Below are positions 9,554-21,000 of a DNA stretch of 64,000 nucleotides, piece after piece; position 1 is the first letter of the stretch; each line of letters opens with the position of its first letter. The notes below the pieces were generated by a model. That model made no database searches. It was not told the origin of the DNA and worked only from the letters and a program-made list of their open reading frames with translations. The stretch is from IMG/VR virus record IMGVR_UViG_3300021371_000007, positions 1-64,000 of that record; one strand, written 5' to 3'. The position numbers and the translations under genes are program-made. The stretch comes from a virus.

Positions 9554-10819
9554 ATGTTAGTGACTCTATTAGAAATTAAAGAGTTTTTAAAAATAAAACT
9601 AGATAATGATAGTGAAGATAGCAGATTAAGATCTATAAATTCGTATGTATCTAGTTTAATAGAATCTTACTGTGGCAGAGTAATATCTTCAGGTAATTAT
9701 ACAGAATATTTTAACGGAGGAGTTTCCTCTGTTTTTATTAAGAATCCTCCTATTAACTCTGTACATGAAGTTTCTCACTATACTGGAAATTCTTATACTA
9801 CTTTAGGTGGGCCAGGTTCTTTAGGACAACAAATAGAAATAGAAGGCTCTTCACACAAAATTACTTCTTTAGGTAATGCTAAAACTAGTAAAAGAGTTAA
9901 ACAATTTGGCATTTCTAGCCTACATTTAGCTGAGGCAGGAGACTACTTATCAGTAAGCAGTTCTGATGATTTTAATTTAGGTACTGAACCCTTTACTATA
10001 GAGCTTTTCATACGCCCTGCAAACTTAAATAATTCTACTTTTATATCTAGAAATGATAATGATAATGATAACTGGGAGCTTTCATATGATTCTAGCAATG
10101 GTGTATTTTTTAGAGCAAAAAGTGATGACATAGAAACAGCTTATATATCCGGCACTACTGTGTCTGTAAATACTTTTACTCATATAGCAGTAGTTAAAGA
10201 AGATACACAATTAAAGATATATCAAAATGGAAATCAAGTAGGGTCTTCAGTAGCTCATGCTAATTCAATTCCTAATTTATCTTCCTCTTTAGAAGTAGGA
10301 AGAATATCTCAAACAGATAATAAAAACTTCATTGGGTATATAGATGATATAAGAGTTTCTTGGAATGCTAAATACTCGAGTAATTTTAGTACGTCTTTAC
10401 AAGCTGCAGCATCTGACGAGGATACTAAATTATTAATTCCTTTTAACGAAGGCGCTAATAAAACAGATATAACTGACTTTTCTAGAAAAGTAAATGAGTA
10501 TGTGTGGTACCCTGATACGGGTGAGGTTAGTTTTGACTCTGGGATGGGTAGTGGCTCCCCTAGTTTAGGATTTTTTAATCCTAGAAAATTTAATAATTTT
10601 ACTAATGGAGTTAGAGTTACTTACAACGGGGGTTATGCTTCTGTTCCTAATGACTTAAAACTAGCTTCGTTAGAGATGATAAAAGTTCTCTATAAAGGAA
10701 GAGAGGGAGCAAAAAGCGTATCTCTTCAAGGAGATAATTCTTCTTCTCATGACTTAAGTTTAGATGGTTTTCCTCCTCAAGTTAGAAGAGTTTTAAATCT
10801 TTATAGGCTGCCCATGTAA
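9554..10819 (+). CDS. Head-tail adaptor (gp6/gp15-like) with inserted LamG/concanavalin-A-like domain
   Basis: N-terminus LVTL.EIKEFL...D..L......S.LIE.YCGR; C-terminus V.VTY.GGY..VP.DLKLA; middle FTIE.FI.P..HIAVV......IY.NG..F.GYIDDIRVS. Confidence 0.8.
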   Translation: MLVTLLEIKEFLKIKLDNDSEDSRLRSINSYVSSLIESYCGRVISSGNYTEYFNGGVSSVFIKNPPINSVHEVSHYTGNSYTTLGGPGSLGQQIEIEGSSHKITSLGNAKTSKRVKQFGISSLHLAEAGDYLSVSSSDDFNLGTEPFTIELFIRPANLNNSTFISRNDNDNDNWELSYDSSNGVFFRAKSDDIETAYISGTTVSVNTFTHIAVVKEDTQLKIYQNGNQVGSSVAHANSIPNLSSSLEVGRISQTDNKNFIGYIDDIRVSWNAKYSSNFSTSLQAAASDEDTKLLIPFNEGANKTDITDFSRKVNEYVWYPDTGEVSFDSGMGSGSPSLGFFNPRKFNNFTNGVRVTYNGGYASVPNDLKLASLEMIKVLYKGREGAKSVSLQGDNSSSHDLSLDGFPPQVRRVLNLYRLPM

Positions 10820-12279
10820 TGATATCTGTATTAGCTTTTATGGATGGAAAAAAATTAGAAAAAGCTCTTAGCGAAGTAAAAGCTAAAAGTCCTTCAGTTA
10901 AATTAGGCGTAGTCGGTGAAAGAATTACTAAAGGAATTTTTAAAACTAGTAGAGAAGCTACTACAAGAAGCGGTAAAGCCGACATTGTAGGTGTACCTTC
11001 TAAAAATGTTTTATCAGTTATTCAAGCAATAGAAGGTAAGAACTCTCCTACCGTAGCGTCATTAAACGATCTTATAAATGATTCTATGGGGGTTAAGTCT
11101 TTTGATATAGAAGCTAAAGCCACAGGAAAGCTATTAGGAGGTACTGGATTTGCAGGAAGTAAAAGAGGTACTTTAAAAGTAACTGGAGCTACTGCTAGTC
11201 TCAATCCTAGAGGTCAAATAGATATTGATTATATAGAAAGACAAAGAGTATTAATAACAGAGCTAGTAGAGCTAGGTATGACTAACAATACAGGTAGGGT
11301 ATCTAAAATAAATAAGCTATTCGAAGATTTAAGAATAGAAGTTGATGGTTCTTATACTTCTAACGACTTGAAAGAGCTACAAGACGAAATATTTAAAGTA
11401 GTTGGAGGTTCTAGAGGTAAAGCTGTTATTAGAAATGCTTATGATAAAGTTATGAATGACCCTAAAAAGTTTAGACAGTTTATGGATGGACCCTTTGGTA
11501 AGCTTATAACAAATAAAGTTACTAACTTAACAGCACAAATAAATGTTAAGGATACTAAGTCTGATAATACTTTAACTTTTTTTCAAACTTTTATAGGTTT
11601 AAAATTTACTAGTAAAGATATAGTTAGAAAAAAAGGGTCAACAGGTTCTTATTCTTTCTTTTTAAGTAGCGCATTTGAAAAAAAATTATTAGAGGAAACT
11701 AGACGTAAGCTTGAGCAAAATGCTATAGGAGTTATAGAAGAAGATATAAATAAAGTATTTAATATTAGTGGTAAGACAACTTTAAACAATATACTAAAAC
11801 GCCCTGGCAGCTTAAAAGAAATAGTTGACTCTTTGACTTTTGATCTTAATGTTCAAGTACCTAGCGGAGGATCTATAGCCCTAAACTTTGGTATAACGGG
11901 TACTAAACTTTTTGATGATATAAACGCTAAAACTGCTAGAGCTTTAAGTAATAATTTAGTAATATCATCTAAAGTACGAAAAGGCAGGTTTGCTTCTGCT
12001 GCTCAACTAACTTCTTTATTACAGATAGAAGTACTAAGCAGAATGAGAAAATCTGGAAGACCTAAACCTCCTACGCTTACTAACAGGTCGGGTAGGTTTG
12101 TTGAAAATTTAGAAATAGCCCAAGTTAATTATAAAAATTCTATAATTAACTATTATTCAATGCCTCTATATTACTCATTAGAGGAGTATGGGTATGATGT
12201 TGAAAATTTAATTGAAGGTAGTATAAGAGATATAACGCAAAAACTGTATTCTCGTCAGTTTAACTTGATACGTGCTTAA
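10819..12279 (+). CDS. Tail completion/neck protein (T5 p143-like C-terminus)
   Basis: Position between adaptor and tail terminator; C-terminal L..RSGRF...L motif; basic composition. Confidence 0.6.
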   Translation: MISVLAFMDGKKLEKALSEVKAKSPSVKLGVVGERITKGIFKTSREATTRSGKADIVGVPSKNVLSVIQAIEGKNSPTVASLNDLINDSMGVKSFDIEAKATGKLLGGTGFAGSKRGTLKVTGATASLNPRGQIDIDYIERQRVLITELVELGMTNNTGRVSKINKLFEDLRIEVDGSYTSNDLKELQDEIFKVVGGSRGKAVIRNAYDKVMNDPKKFRQFMDGPFGKLITNKVTNLTAQINVKDTKSDNTLTFFQTFIGLKFTSKDIVRKKGSTGSYSFFLSSAFEKKLLEETRRKLEQNAIGVIEEDINKVFNISGKTTLNNILKRPGSLKEIVDSLTFDLNVQVPSGGSIALNFGITGTKLFDDINAKTARALSNNLVISSKVRKGRFASAAQLTSLLQIEVLSRMRKSGRPKPPTLTNRSGRFVENLEIAQVNYKNSIINYYSMPLYYSLEEYGYDVENLIEGSIRDITQKLYSRQFNLIRA

Positions 12280-12295
12280 GTTTAAAAAAATTAAA

Positions 12296-12324
12296 TTGCC
12301 GTAGTTATTTTCCTGTGTTATACT
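12296..12324 (+). promoter_or_regulatory. Sigma70-type promoter for tail genes
   Basis: TTGCCG, 17-nt spacer, TATACT with extended TG and upstream A-tract. Confidence 0.7.
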
Positions 12325-12345
12325 CTTATAAAGTTAGGTGGAAAA

Positions 12346-12801
12346 ATGTCTCAAAGACGAGATATAATAAAAACATTAATTGATAACTTAATATTAATAG
12401 ATGGTACTGGCTCACCTTTTGGGGGTTATGTATTTAAAACTAGTGTGCATGAAAATGTATATAGAGGCTTTAAGCCATTAGAAGAAATTAATGACTTTCC
12501 CTCAATTTATATTGTTCCAGGAGCAGAAATAAGAGATTATAACAGTACTCTTGGAGGAACTACTATTAATTCTTTACTTCCCGTAGTGTTGCGATGCTAT
12601 ATTTACGATGAAGAAGACGAATTAGTAAATGAACATATAAATGATATTACACAAGATATTGAACATATTATTTATAGTTTACCAACGACTAATGAAATCC
12701 TAGACTTAACATTAACGTCTATAAACACAGATGAAGGACTTCTAACCCCCTATGGAATTGTAGAATTACAAGTACAAGTTCGTTATGAAGTCACCTTATA
12801 A
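12346..12801 (+). CDS. Tail terminator protein (T5 p142-like)
   Basis: NVYRGFK.LEEINDFP, I.TDEGLL.PYG..E; precedes tail tube gene. Confidence 0.75.
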   Translation: MSQRRDIIKTLIDNLILIDGTGSPFGGYVFKTSVHENVYRGFKPLEEINDFPSIYIVPGAEIRDYNSTLGGTTINSLLPVVLRCYIYDEEDELVNEHINDITQDIEHIIYSLPTTNEILDLTLTSINTDEGLLTPYGIVELQVQVRYEVTL

Positions 12802-12812
12802 GGAGATAATAA

Positions 12813-14105
12813 ATGCCCAATTGCGGTCCTAATACACAGATTAACCTTCAGAGAAACACTGAAGTTTTTTGGTCAACTATTGACTTGAATGGCGGAGGCG
12901 TATCGGCTTCAATGACGCCTGACAACACTTGGAGAGTAGAAGTTTTAGCTGGTTATGCTTTTAACCAGAGTGCTACTAACCAAGATATTACTACTTTAGA
13001 ATCAGGTAATACACCTGACAGAGCTACACAAAGATTTAACACTTCAGTTAACCCAGTAGAATGGAGCATGAGTACTTATGTCCGTCCTACAGGGATGATA
13101 ACTACTGATGGTCAAGACTCGCCCACAGGTAATTCTAAACCAGTATCAGACTGGTTCTTATGGCAGTCTATGCTATCAAATAATGCTCCAGCGGCAGCAG
13201 GAGTAGAGACTAGTTCTTGGGAAAATAATGGTATTTTTCACTTAGGACATAGAGGCTTTGGCGATAATGCTGATGTAGTTGCAGCTTCCAATGCTAATGT
13301 TACTGCTCACAGCTCTAACTTCCCAACCATGAAAGAGTATTCACTTTACTTTAAAGTGGATAACGTAGTATATCAAGTTGGTCAAGCAGCGGTTAACGAA
13401 GGATCTATTGACGCAGCTATTGATTCAATTGCTACTACTTCTTGGAGTGGTTTTGGTACTAACTTGTTTGAACTAACAGGAGGCACCAGAGACGAGGCTA
13501 TTGCAGTATTTGGAGGCACATTAAACGACGGTTCTACAGCAGCAGCTAATAGTTCTACTGATGTAGGAAATTCAGCAACTCAATCTTACCATCCATTTGG
13601 TACTTCTAAAGTAGCTGGTTCTGATATATCATCAGCGTTTATTAAGAATAGATTAAGTTCTATTGCAGTAACATCGTCTGCTTCTGGAGCATCAAAAGCT
13701 TATACATTCCCAGTAACTGGGTTAAGCTGGGGATACAACAACAACGCTTCTTATTTAACACCAGAAGAATTAGCGTCACTTAACTCACCTATTGGTCAGT
13801 TTACAGGTGCTAAATCAGTAACAGGTAGCTTTACTGCGTATTTACGTGCAGGAGCAAACCAATCTGCTGAGTTCTTAAAAGATATTGTTACTAACACCGC
13901 GGTGCAAACTAAAGGTGCAAGTGCTAACCTACAAATCGGTGGTACAACAGCTCCTTACTTTGCGGTAAATATGCCGTCAGTACAATTTGACTTCCCATCA
14001 CACTCAATTGATGATGTTGTGGGTATTACAGTTGATTTCTTAGCACAAGAGACAGATCCTACTTGTGGTGACGAATTCACATTCTTTGTTAGCTCAACTA
14101 GCTAA
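12813..14105 (+). CDS. Tail tube (major tail) protein, T5 pb6-like
   Basis: L.RNT.VF.ST, DIT..ESG..P.R...RFN.S.N..EWS.STY..P, FIKNRLS; strong AAGGAG ribosome site. Confidence 0.88.
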   Translation: MPNCGPNTQINLQRNTEVFWSTIDLNGGGVSASMTPDNTWRVEVLAGYAFNQSATNQDITTLESGNTPDRATQRFNTSVNPVEWSMSTYVRPTGMITTDGQDSPTGNSKPVSDWFLWQSMLSNNAPAAAGVETSSWENNGIFHLGHRGFGDNADVVAASNANVTAHSSNFPTMKEYSLYFKVDNVVYQVGQAAVNEGSIDAAIDSIATTSWSGFGTNLFELTGGTRDEAIAVFGGTLNDGSTAAANSSTDVGNSATQSYHPFGTSKVAGSDISSAFIKNRLSSIAVTSSASGASKAYTFPVTGLSWGYNNNASYLTPEELASLNSPIGQFTGAKSVTGSFTAYLRAGANQSAEFLKDIVTNTAVQTKGASANLQIGGTTAPYFAVNMPSVQFDFPSHSIDDVVGITVDFLAQETDPTCGDEFTFFVSSTS

Positions 14106-14116
14106 TAAAAATTAAA

Positions 14117-14252
14117 AAATTCATGAAAGTTGAGGGGTTCATGAATTTATTATCACTAGGAGACAGCTATTCTTAGCAAGCAGCAAACATCCCCTCACTT
14201 GTTGTACGTTAGATCGAATAGCTGTCTCTTTTTAACTTAATATAGAGGGGAT
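14117..14252 (+). ncRNA. Structured intergenic cis-RNA with two hairpins and complementary loops; second hairpin is terminator-like
   Basis: 11-bp stem 14117-14127/14138-14148; 13-bp stem 14160-14172/14216-14228 followed by T5; loop-loop and loop-SD complementarity. Confidence 0.6.
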
Positions 14253-14259
14253 AAATCCT

Positions 14260-14691
14260 ATGAGTATGATTAAAAATTTAATGATTAACGAAAAAGTTGT
14301 CGAAGTGGAATTTCCAGATAGCGATAATTTTTATGTTAGCTTAACTTATTTAAACAGAGAAAAATTAACAAAAATTAGAAATAGATCTTTAACTATCAAA
14401 TTTAACAAACGTTCTCGCCAAAGAGAAGAAGAAGTAGATAACGAAAAGTTTCTCGAAGAATATGCTAGAGAAGTTGTTAGAGGTTGGAGAGGTCTTACAA
14501 TCAGAGAATTAGCAAGGCTAATGCCTATTGAGACTGCTGGAGCTAACTTAGAGCAAGAAGTTCCGTATTCAGAAGAAGACGCGCTAGAGCTTTTACGAAA
14601 CTCTACTATCTTTGATCAGTTTGTCACAGACTGTCAGAATGATTTCGAAGTCTTTGAGAAAGATAAGACAGACTCACAAGTAAAAAACTAA
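14260..14691 (+). CDS. Tail assembly chaperone (gpG-like)
   Basis: Lies between tail tube and tape measure genes; ..V.GW.GL.. motif; ends in slippery A AAA AAC TAA. Confidence 0.8.
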   Translation: MSMIKNLMINEKVVEVEFPDSDNFYVSLTYLNREKLTKIRNRSLTIKFNKRSRQREEEVDNEKFLEEYAREVVRGWRGLTIRELARLMPIETAGANLEQEVPYSEEDALELLRNSTIFDQFVTDCQNDFEVFEKDKTDSQVKN

Positions 14692-15056
14692 GACGCTACA
14701 TATCAGAATCATTGCAGTCTGGGGGTATAACCAAAGAGCAATATTTTATGATGTGTGAGCAAATGGGTACTACTCCCATAGAGGAAGAAATACCTGTAGA
14801 TTATTCTGACCTAAGTGACGAGTGTCAAATAGTACTAGCTATATTTAATATACTACCAGATAGTATTGGAGGTATGAGTGGTGCTTGGTTGGGAAAAGAC
14901 TATTCTGGTCTTAGAACATTTATGGATATATACGGTATTCAAGATGAGATGTTGTTTTTAAACTTATTAACAGTATTAGTTCAGGAAACTTCTGAGCATT
15001 ACGCTAAAAAACAAAAAGAACAACAACAAAAATCTAAACTTAAAGGTAGAAAATGA
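14682..15056 (+). CDS. Tail assembly chaperone extension (gpT-like), read through a -1 frameshift
   Basis: The -1 frame is open from the slippery heptamer AAAAAAC (14682-14688) to TGA at 15056; no good independent start or SD. Confidence 0.75.
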   Translation, partial: KKLRRYISESLQSGGITKEQYFMMCEQMGTTPIEEEIPVDYSDLSDECQIVLAIFNILPDSIGGMSGAWLGKDYSGLRTFMDIYGIQDEMLFLNLLTVLVQETSEHYAKKQKEQQQKSKLKGRK

Positions 15057-18000
15057 TTGGCAGGCAATATTAATACTAACGTTAATCTTAACGTTAAATC
15101 AACAGGCACTAAACGAGCAACTAAAGATATAAATGCTTTAAACTCTGCTCTCCGTAAAATTGGTGCTGCCTCAGATAACTCTACTAAAGGGTCTGATAAG
15201 TTAAACAGATCTACTACTAGATTAGGACAGTCTTCTGCTTCTGCAGGCAGGCAGTTCTCAGCACAAGCCGCAGGACTTGGTGGGCTCGTAGGAGCTTACG
15301 CAGGTGCTGCGGCTACTGTTTTTGCACTACAGCAAGCTTTTTCAGCATTAAATAGAGCTGCCCAAGTAGATAATATTATTAGAGGTACACAAACTCTTGC
15401 TGCTAAAGTAGGCGAGAACGGTAATCAAATATTACAAAGCTTACAAGATATTACTCAGGGACAGGTAGCGCTAGGTGAAGCTGCAGAAAAAGCCAACCTT
15501 GCTTTATCTACAGGTTTTAGTACAAAGCAAATAGAACAGCTTGCTAATATATCTACTAAAGTTTCTGTTGCTTTAGGAAGAAACTTATCTGATGCTTTTG
15601 AAAGACTTACTAGAGGTGCTGCAAAACTTGAACCAGAACTTTTAGATGAACTTGGTATATTTACTAAGCTAGAACCAGCTACTAAAGCATATGCTAAAGA
15701 AATAGGAAAAGCAGTAAATGACTTAACAGAATTTGAGCGTAGACAAGCGTTTGTTAATGCTATTATCGAAGAAGGTAATAGAAAATTTAGTGAGATTGAT
15801 ACTAGTGCTCCCTCCGCACAAAAAAGCCTTAATAGGCTTAGTGCTACTTTACAAGATTTAGGACACAAATTCGGTGTTTTAGCCGCAGAAGCTTTAGTCC
15901 CTGTTATTGACTTTTTTACTAAAGACTTTACAGGGGCTATTTCTGTTTTTGCGCTAGTAGCTAGACAGTTAGCGTCTTCAGGTCTCACATCACTAACTGC
16001 GGGTATTAATTCATTTTCGGCATCTTTAGATTCAAATATAGCTAGATTAGGAGATCAAATATCTGCTTCTAAAAACTCCCAACAAGCTATGACAGACTTC
16101 TCAGAGTCAGTAAAAAATAATAATAACTTTATGGTATTAGGTAATAAAGCTCAAGCAGAACAAGCTTTAAAATTTAAAGGTATGGGCGCGGCATCTACTT
16201 TAGCCGCTACAGATTTAAAATCTTTTATTGCAGTACAACAAGAACAAATTAACCTTGGAGCCTCAAGACTAGTTCAATTAGAGAAAGAAAATAAATCTTT
16301 AATTGCTAGATCAAAGCTAGGACCCCTTACTAGTCCCGCAGATATTGCAGCTCTTAAATCATATAGCGCTGAAAGTGAAAAGTTACAAGCAAACCAATTT
16401 ATATTAACTAAAAGAATTAATGACGCTAACGTTGCTTTAGTGGCTCAATCAACTAAGTTAAAAGCTGTGGCTGTGGCCAGTAGGGTTGCAGCTGTATCTG
16501 TTAGGGCTTTGACAAATGCTTTTTCTGTGTTACTACGAGTTTTAAATGTAGCACTGTTAGCTTTAAGTTTTGGTCCTTTACTTTTAAATTTAGTAGGACA
16601 GATAGGTATATTTAATACTGCTATAAACTACTTAAAAGATACTTTTTTAGCCTTAAGAAATGCTAATAAAGATTTAGAGCTAGGCATAAGAGCTTTAGGG
16701 GCTAGATCTGAAGTAGGTATAAGCAAAATAACTGAACAGTACAAACAATTAGGCCTTTCTGCTAGAGAAGCTGCAGACGCACAAGAAAGTGCTATTAAAA
16801 GAGTAGCGGCTGCGCTAAAAGATAATGATTCTAAAATAGAAGAAGTATTTGGTAAATTTAGTGGTGCAGCAACCATAAGTGGGTTAATGGCTATAGCAGC
16901 AGGAGTTACTGCTATTTTTAGTGCTGCAGCCGCAGGCATAGCCGCTATTGTTGTAGGGGGTCTTAGTTTAATAGATATGTCTCTAGCATATCTTTTTGGT
17001 TATGAATCTATAAGTAAAAAACTTGCTAGTAGCGCAGCAGAGGCTTTAGGAGGCCCATCAAAGACCCTTAAAGAGGGAGAAGAAGCAGCAGCCTCTTTAA
17101 GAAAAGAAGTGGAAGAGCTACAAGACTCTTTTAATAGAACAGGAGACTTAGCCTTATTACAAGAAATAGATCAAATAAATGCGTTTAGAGATGCTATACT
17201 AGATACAGATTCAGCAGTTACTATGTTTACAGGAACTTTATCTAGACTTACAGGTCAAGACGCTTCTTTAATTGATGAACTATTAGGTACTACAGAAGCT
17301 GATTTTAGTGATACATCGTTAAAATTAGGAGGATTAGAGATAGCAACTAGAGAAGTAGGTAAAACTTTTACTGTTGCAAATGAGTCTATAGGATTAATTT
17401 TACCTACTTTTGTAGGATTTGAGTCTACCCTACTTAGAGCTAATAATGCTATGAGAGATGGCTCTGTAAGCAGTAAGTCTTTCGTAGAAATTATTAATAG
17501 TTTAAGAACTTCTCAATCTAACTTATCAGATACTATAGATATTGTTACTTCTAGAATATCTATACAAGAACAAAAGATTAAAAAGCTAAACGCAGAAGGA
17601 ACTGAAGAAGCTAGAGTGAGAGCAGATGAATTAGTAGACTCTAATAGAGATTTAATAACTACTTTAGGAGCTTTAGAAACTAGGTTTGAAGAAACTACTA
17701 ATAGATTAAATGAGTTATCTGAGGCAGGAGATCAAGCTAATAAATCTTTAGTTAAATTTGAAAATATACAAAAAGTATTTAAGTCAGCAGCAGATACTAT
17801 TACTAATGCAAAGTTCAAAGGGCTATTTGTTGAAACAGCAGAGGGCCTTGAGTTTGCAACTTCTTCTACGCAAAAATTTGTTAATCAGGTTAATAGCTTA
17901 AAAAATGAGCTTGTAGGCATAGGAGGTCTTACCGATTTAGAAGATAATGTTGCAGCTTTTGAAAAATTAGGTCAAGTAATTAGAAGTGATGATGGTAGTG

Positions 18001-21000
18001 TTACTACAACTACTGATAGAGCTGCAGAAGCAGTAAGAGAATTAAATCTTGCGGTAGCTAATAGAGAGTTTATGGAAAAATCTATTAAAGGTCTTTTATT
18101 AGGTCAAGTAGAGGCTGTAAAACAACAAACTAGAGAGCTTGAAAAGCAATCAAGAATAGCTAGACAACAACTTCAACAGGCAACTTTAAAAGCAGAAATA
18201 GACATATCTAAGGCGCGACTTACTTCTCTTAATAAAGCTAGAGCAGAAGAAATAAGTATTAGAAAAGTAAAAGCTGACGGTGCAGCAATATCTAGTGATC
18301 TAGCAGCAGCAGAGTTATCTATAGCTAGAGATATCTTATCTGAGAGAGAAAAGTCTATAGATATACAACAAGAACAGCTTAAAATAGTATCTCAAATAGC
18401 AGAAGAAAGAATAAAAGGAGCTAAAGAAGAGCTATCAGCACAAAAACAAATGATATCTTTAGCTAAAGAGGGTCTAGCCTTTGATGACTCCTTCTTTGAC
18501 AAAGATATTACTAAGATACTAAATTTACTTGCTGACATAGGATCAGCTTCTTTAGACGTAGAAATATCTCAAAAAGAGACAGATTTAGCAGAAAAGCAAG
18601 CAGAAACAGCAGCTCAATTAGCAAAGTTAGAAGCAAATAAGCAAACTTTTGCAGCAGAAATACTGGCAAAAGAACAAGAACTATCTTTACTAGAGATAGA
18701 CTCTAGAGTTGCAGATCTTAGTGCTCGTATAGAGATTTCAAGAGCAGAGAGACAAAATGAAATTGATTCCCTCACTGAGAGACGCAGCATAGCTGAGTTA
18801 GAAGCACAACTAAAAAGAGAGACTTATGCAGCTAATCTAGAAAATAAAAGAGAAGAGTTAAAAATACTAGACCAAAAAAGACAAGATACTATAAAACTAG
18901 TAGATTCTTTTAATAATCTAACTACTGATATGGGTACAGAGTTTGATACCTTTATATCGGAATTACAAGCAACTTTAAGTACTCAAAAAATAGCACTAGA
19001 AGCAAAAGAGACTATTGTAGTAGACCCTTCTGATGACAAAAGTGCTGATCCTGTACAATCTAGTGCAGAGGCATTAAATAAATCCGCAGATTCTCTAGAA
19101 ACTGTTGCTAAAGAAACATCTACTTTAGTAGAAGAAGTTACTAACACAGGACAATCTTCTTTAGACTCTTTACAGGCGTTAGAAACTTCTGCACAAGCTA
19201 CTAATGAGATAGCTAAAATAACTAATACTACGTTAGATACCACTATTTCTAACAAAAAAATAGAAAATGATTTAATAAGTAAAAACGAAGATGAAAGACT
19301 TGCTGCTTTAGGAGCTGAAAGTGCTGCACTAAAAGAGAAACACGCAATTGAGACTGAGAATAGTAATGCAGCACTAGAAACTGCAAACAAAACTGCTGAA
19401 TTAGAAGAAGAAAAAGCCAAAAACGCCGAAGCTGCTTTACAAGCTCAAATAAAAGCAAACCAATTAGCTCAGAGACAAGCTGCTTTTCAGATTATGAATC
19501 AAACAGGAACCTTACTGAGAGAGCTATCAGTAGGTAGGGCTGAAAAAGCAAGAGATAAAGCAGCAGAGAGTAGAGATAAGGTACTGGATAAACAGGAGGA
19601 AGTACTATCTAGAGTAAGCTCTTTGAGAAGTTCTGAGGCCGATGCTATGGCTGGAGCTGTTGATATTTTAAAAGAACGCAGAGCCTTAGAAAGAGATATA
19701 ATTTCTTCTATTGCAGACAGTGATGCTAGTGGTTACTTAAAAACTACAGAAGCTTATTTTCAAAACTTAAATGCCTTAGATGAGCAAACTAAAGTATTAA
19801 GTGAAGCTCAAGCTAATAGAGCTATAGCAGAAGCAGAGCTAGCTGTTCAAGACTATAAAGTTATAGAAGCGACTAATAACTTATCTAGTGCAGAAAAAGA
19901 TTTAGAAAACGCACACAACAGTTTAGTAGGTAAAACAGGAGATGTACTTCAAAAATTTGGAAGCTTAGGTAATAGTATGGTTAGCTTAGTAGGCTTAGCC
20001 CAACAACTAACGGGCGCCTTTACTACTCTAGGTAATACTTTAGTAGGCTCAGTAACTGGAGAGAGTAATAATCAAATTACTGAAGCAGTAAAAGATGGTT
20101 TTGATAAGTCAAAAGCTGCTGAAACTTCTGCTCAAGTTACAGGAAATGTAGTTACAGACTTAAAAAACGTTCTTGTAGGTAGTGTAAGAGAGTTAGGTGG
20201 TGCATTTGAAAGATTTAATCAAGAAAGTATTGGAGCTGCAGGAGGCGCTGCTCAATATTTTGCAGAATCTGACGGTAGTTTAACAGATTTTGCTGCTGCG
20301 GGCTTAGGTAAAGCAGTTACTCCTATGATAACTGGGTTTATAGAAGATTTTATTACCACAGCTTTAGGTCCTGTAGGTGGTATAGCTATGACTGCTATAG
20401 ATTTTATAGCAGGAGACTTTATATCTGGAGTTATTGGTGACGCGCTAGAAGGTATTAGTAACTTTTTTGCTCCTCGTAAGTGGAATAGATCAACTGTTGA
20501 TTTAACTACTGGTAATATAACAGATAGAAAAGATAGTGGAGTTGATCTGGATCCTGTAGCTAAATCAGCATTTAAAATGAATCAAGCATTAGAAACTGTT
20601 ACTGGAGGTCTTCAAAGATTTACTGAATCACAAGCAATACTAACCACTAAAGGTTCAGATATTAGAGAAAGATTCTTAGAGCTAAGGGGCGGTGGAGCTG
20701 AGGCAGTTAGATTAGACTTTAATAGCGAAAACTTTGGTAAGGACTTATTTGAAGGACTTATTAAAGGCTTAGATCCTAGATCTTTAACGGAAGACATGAA
20801 AACCGCTATAGGTAATATGGACTTCGGTAAAGAGATAGAAGATAACATGAAAGACCTTAATTTTGCTAAAGGCTTTGATGGTTTGATGACGCAATTAGAA
20901 TCTGCAGGAGGTAAATTTACTAATCTTGGTGAGTTTATAGAATTAGTAAATATTAAAGCAGAAGCTGCAGCTGCTTCATTTGCGCAAGGAGCCTTACAGC

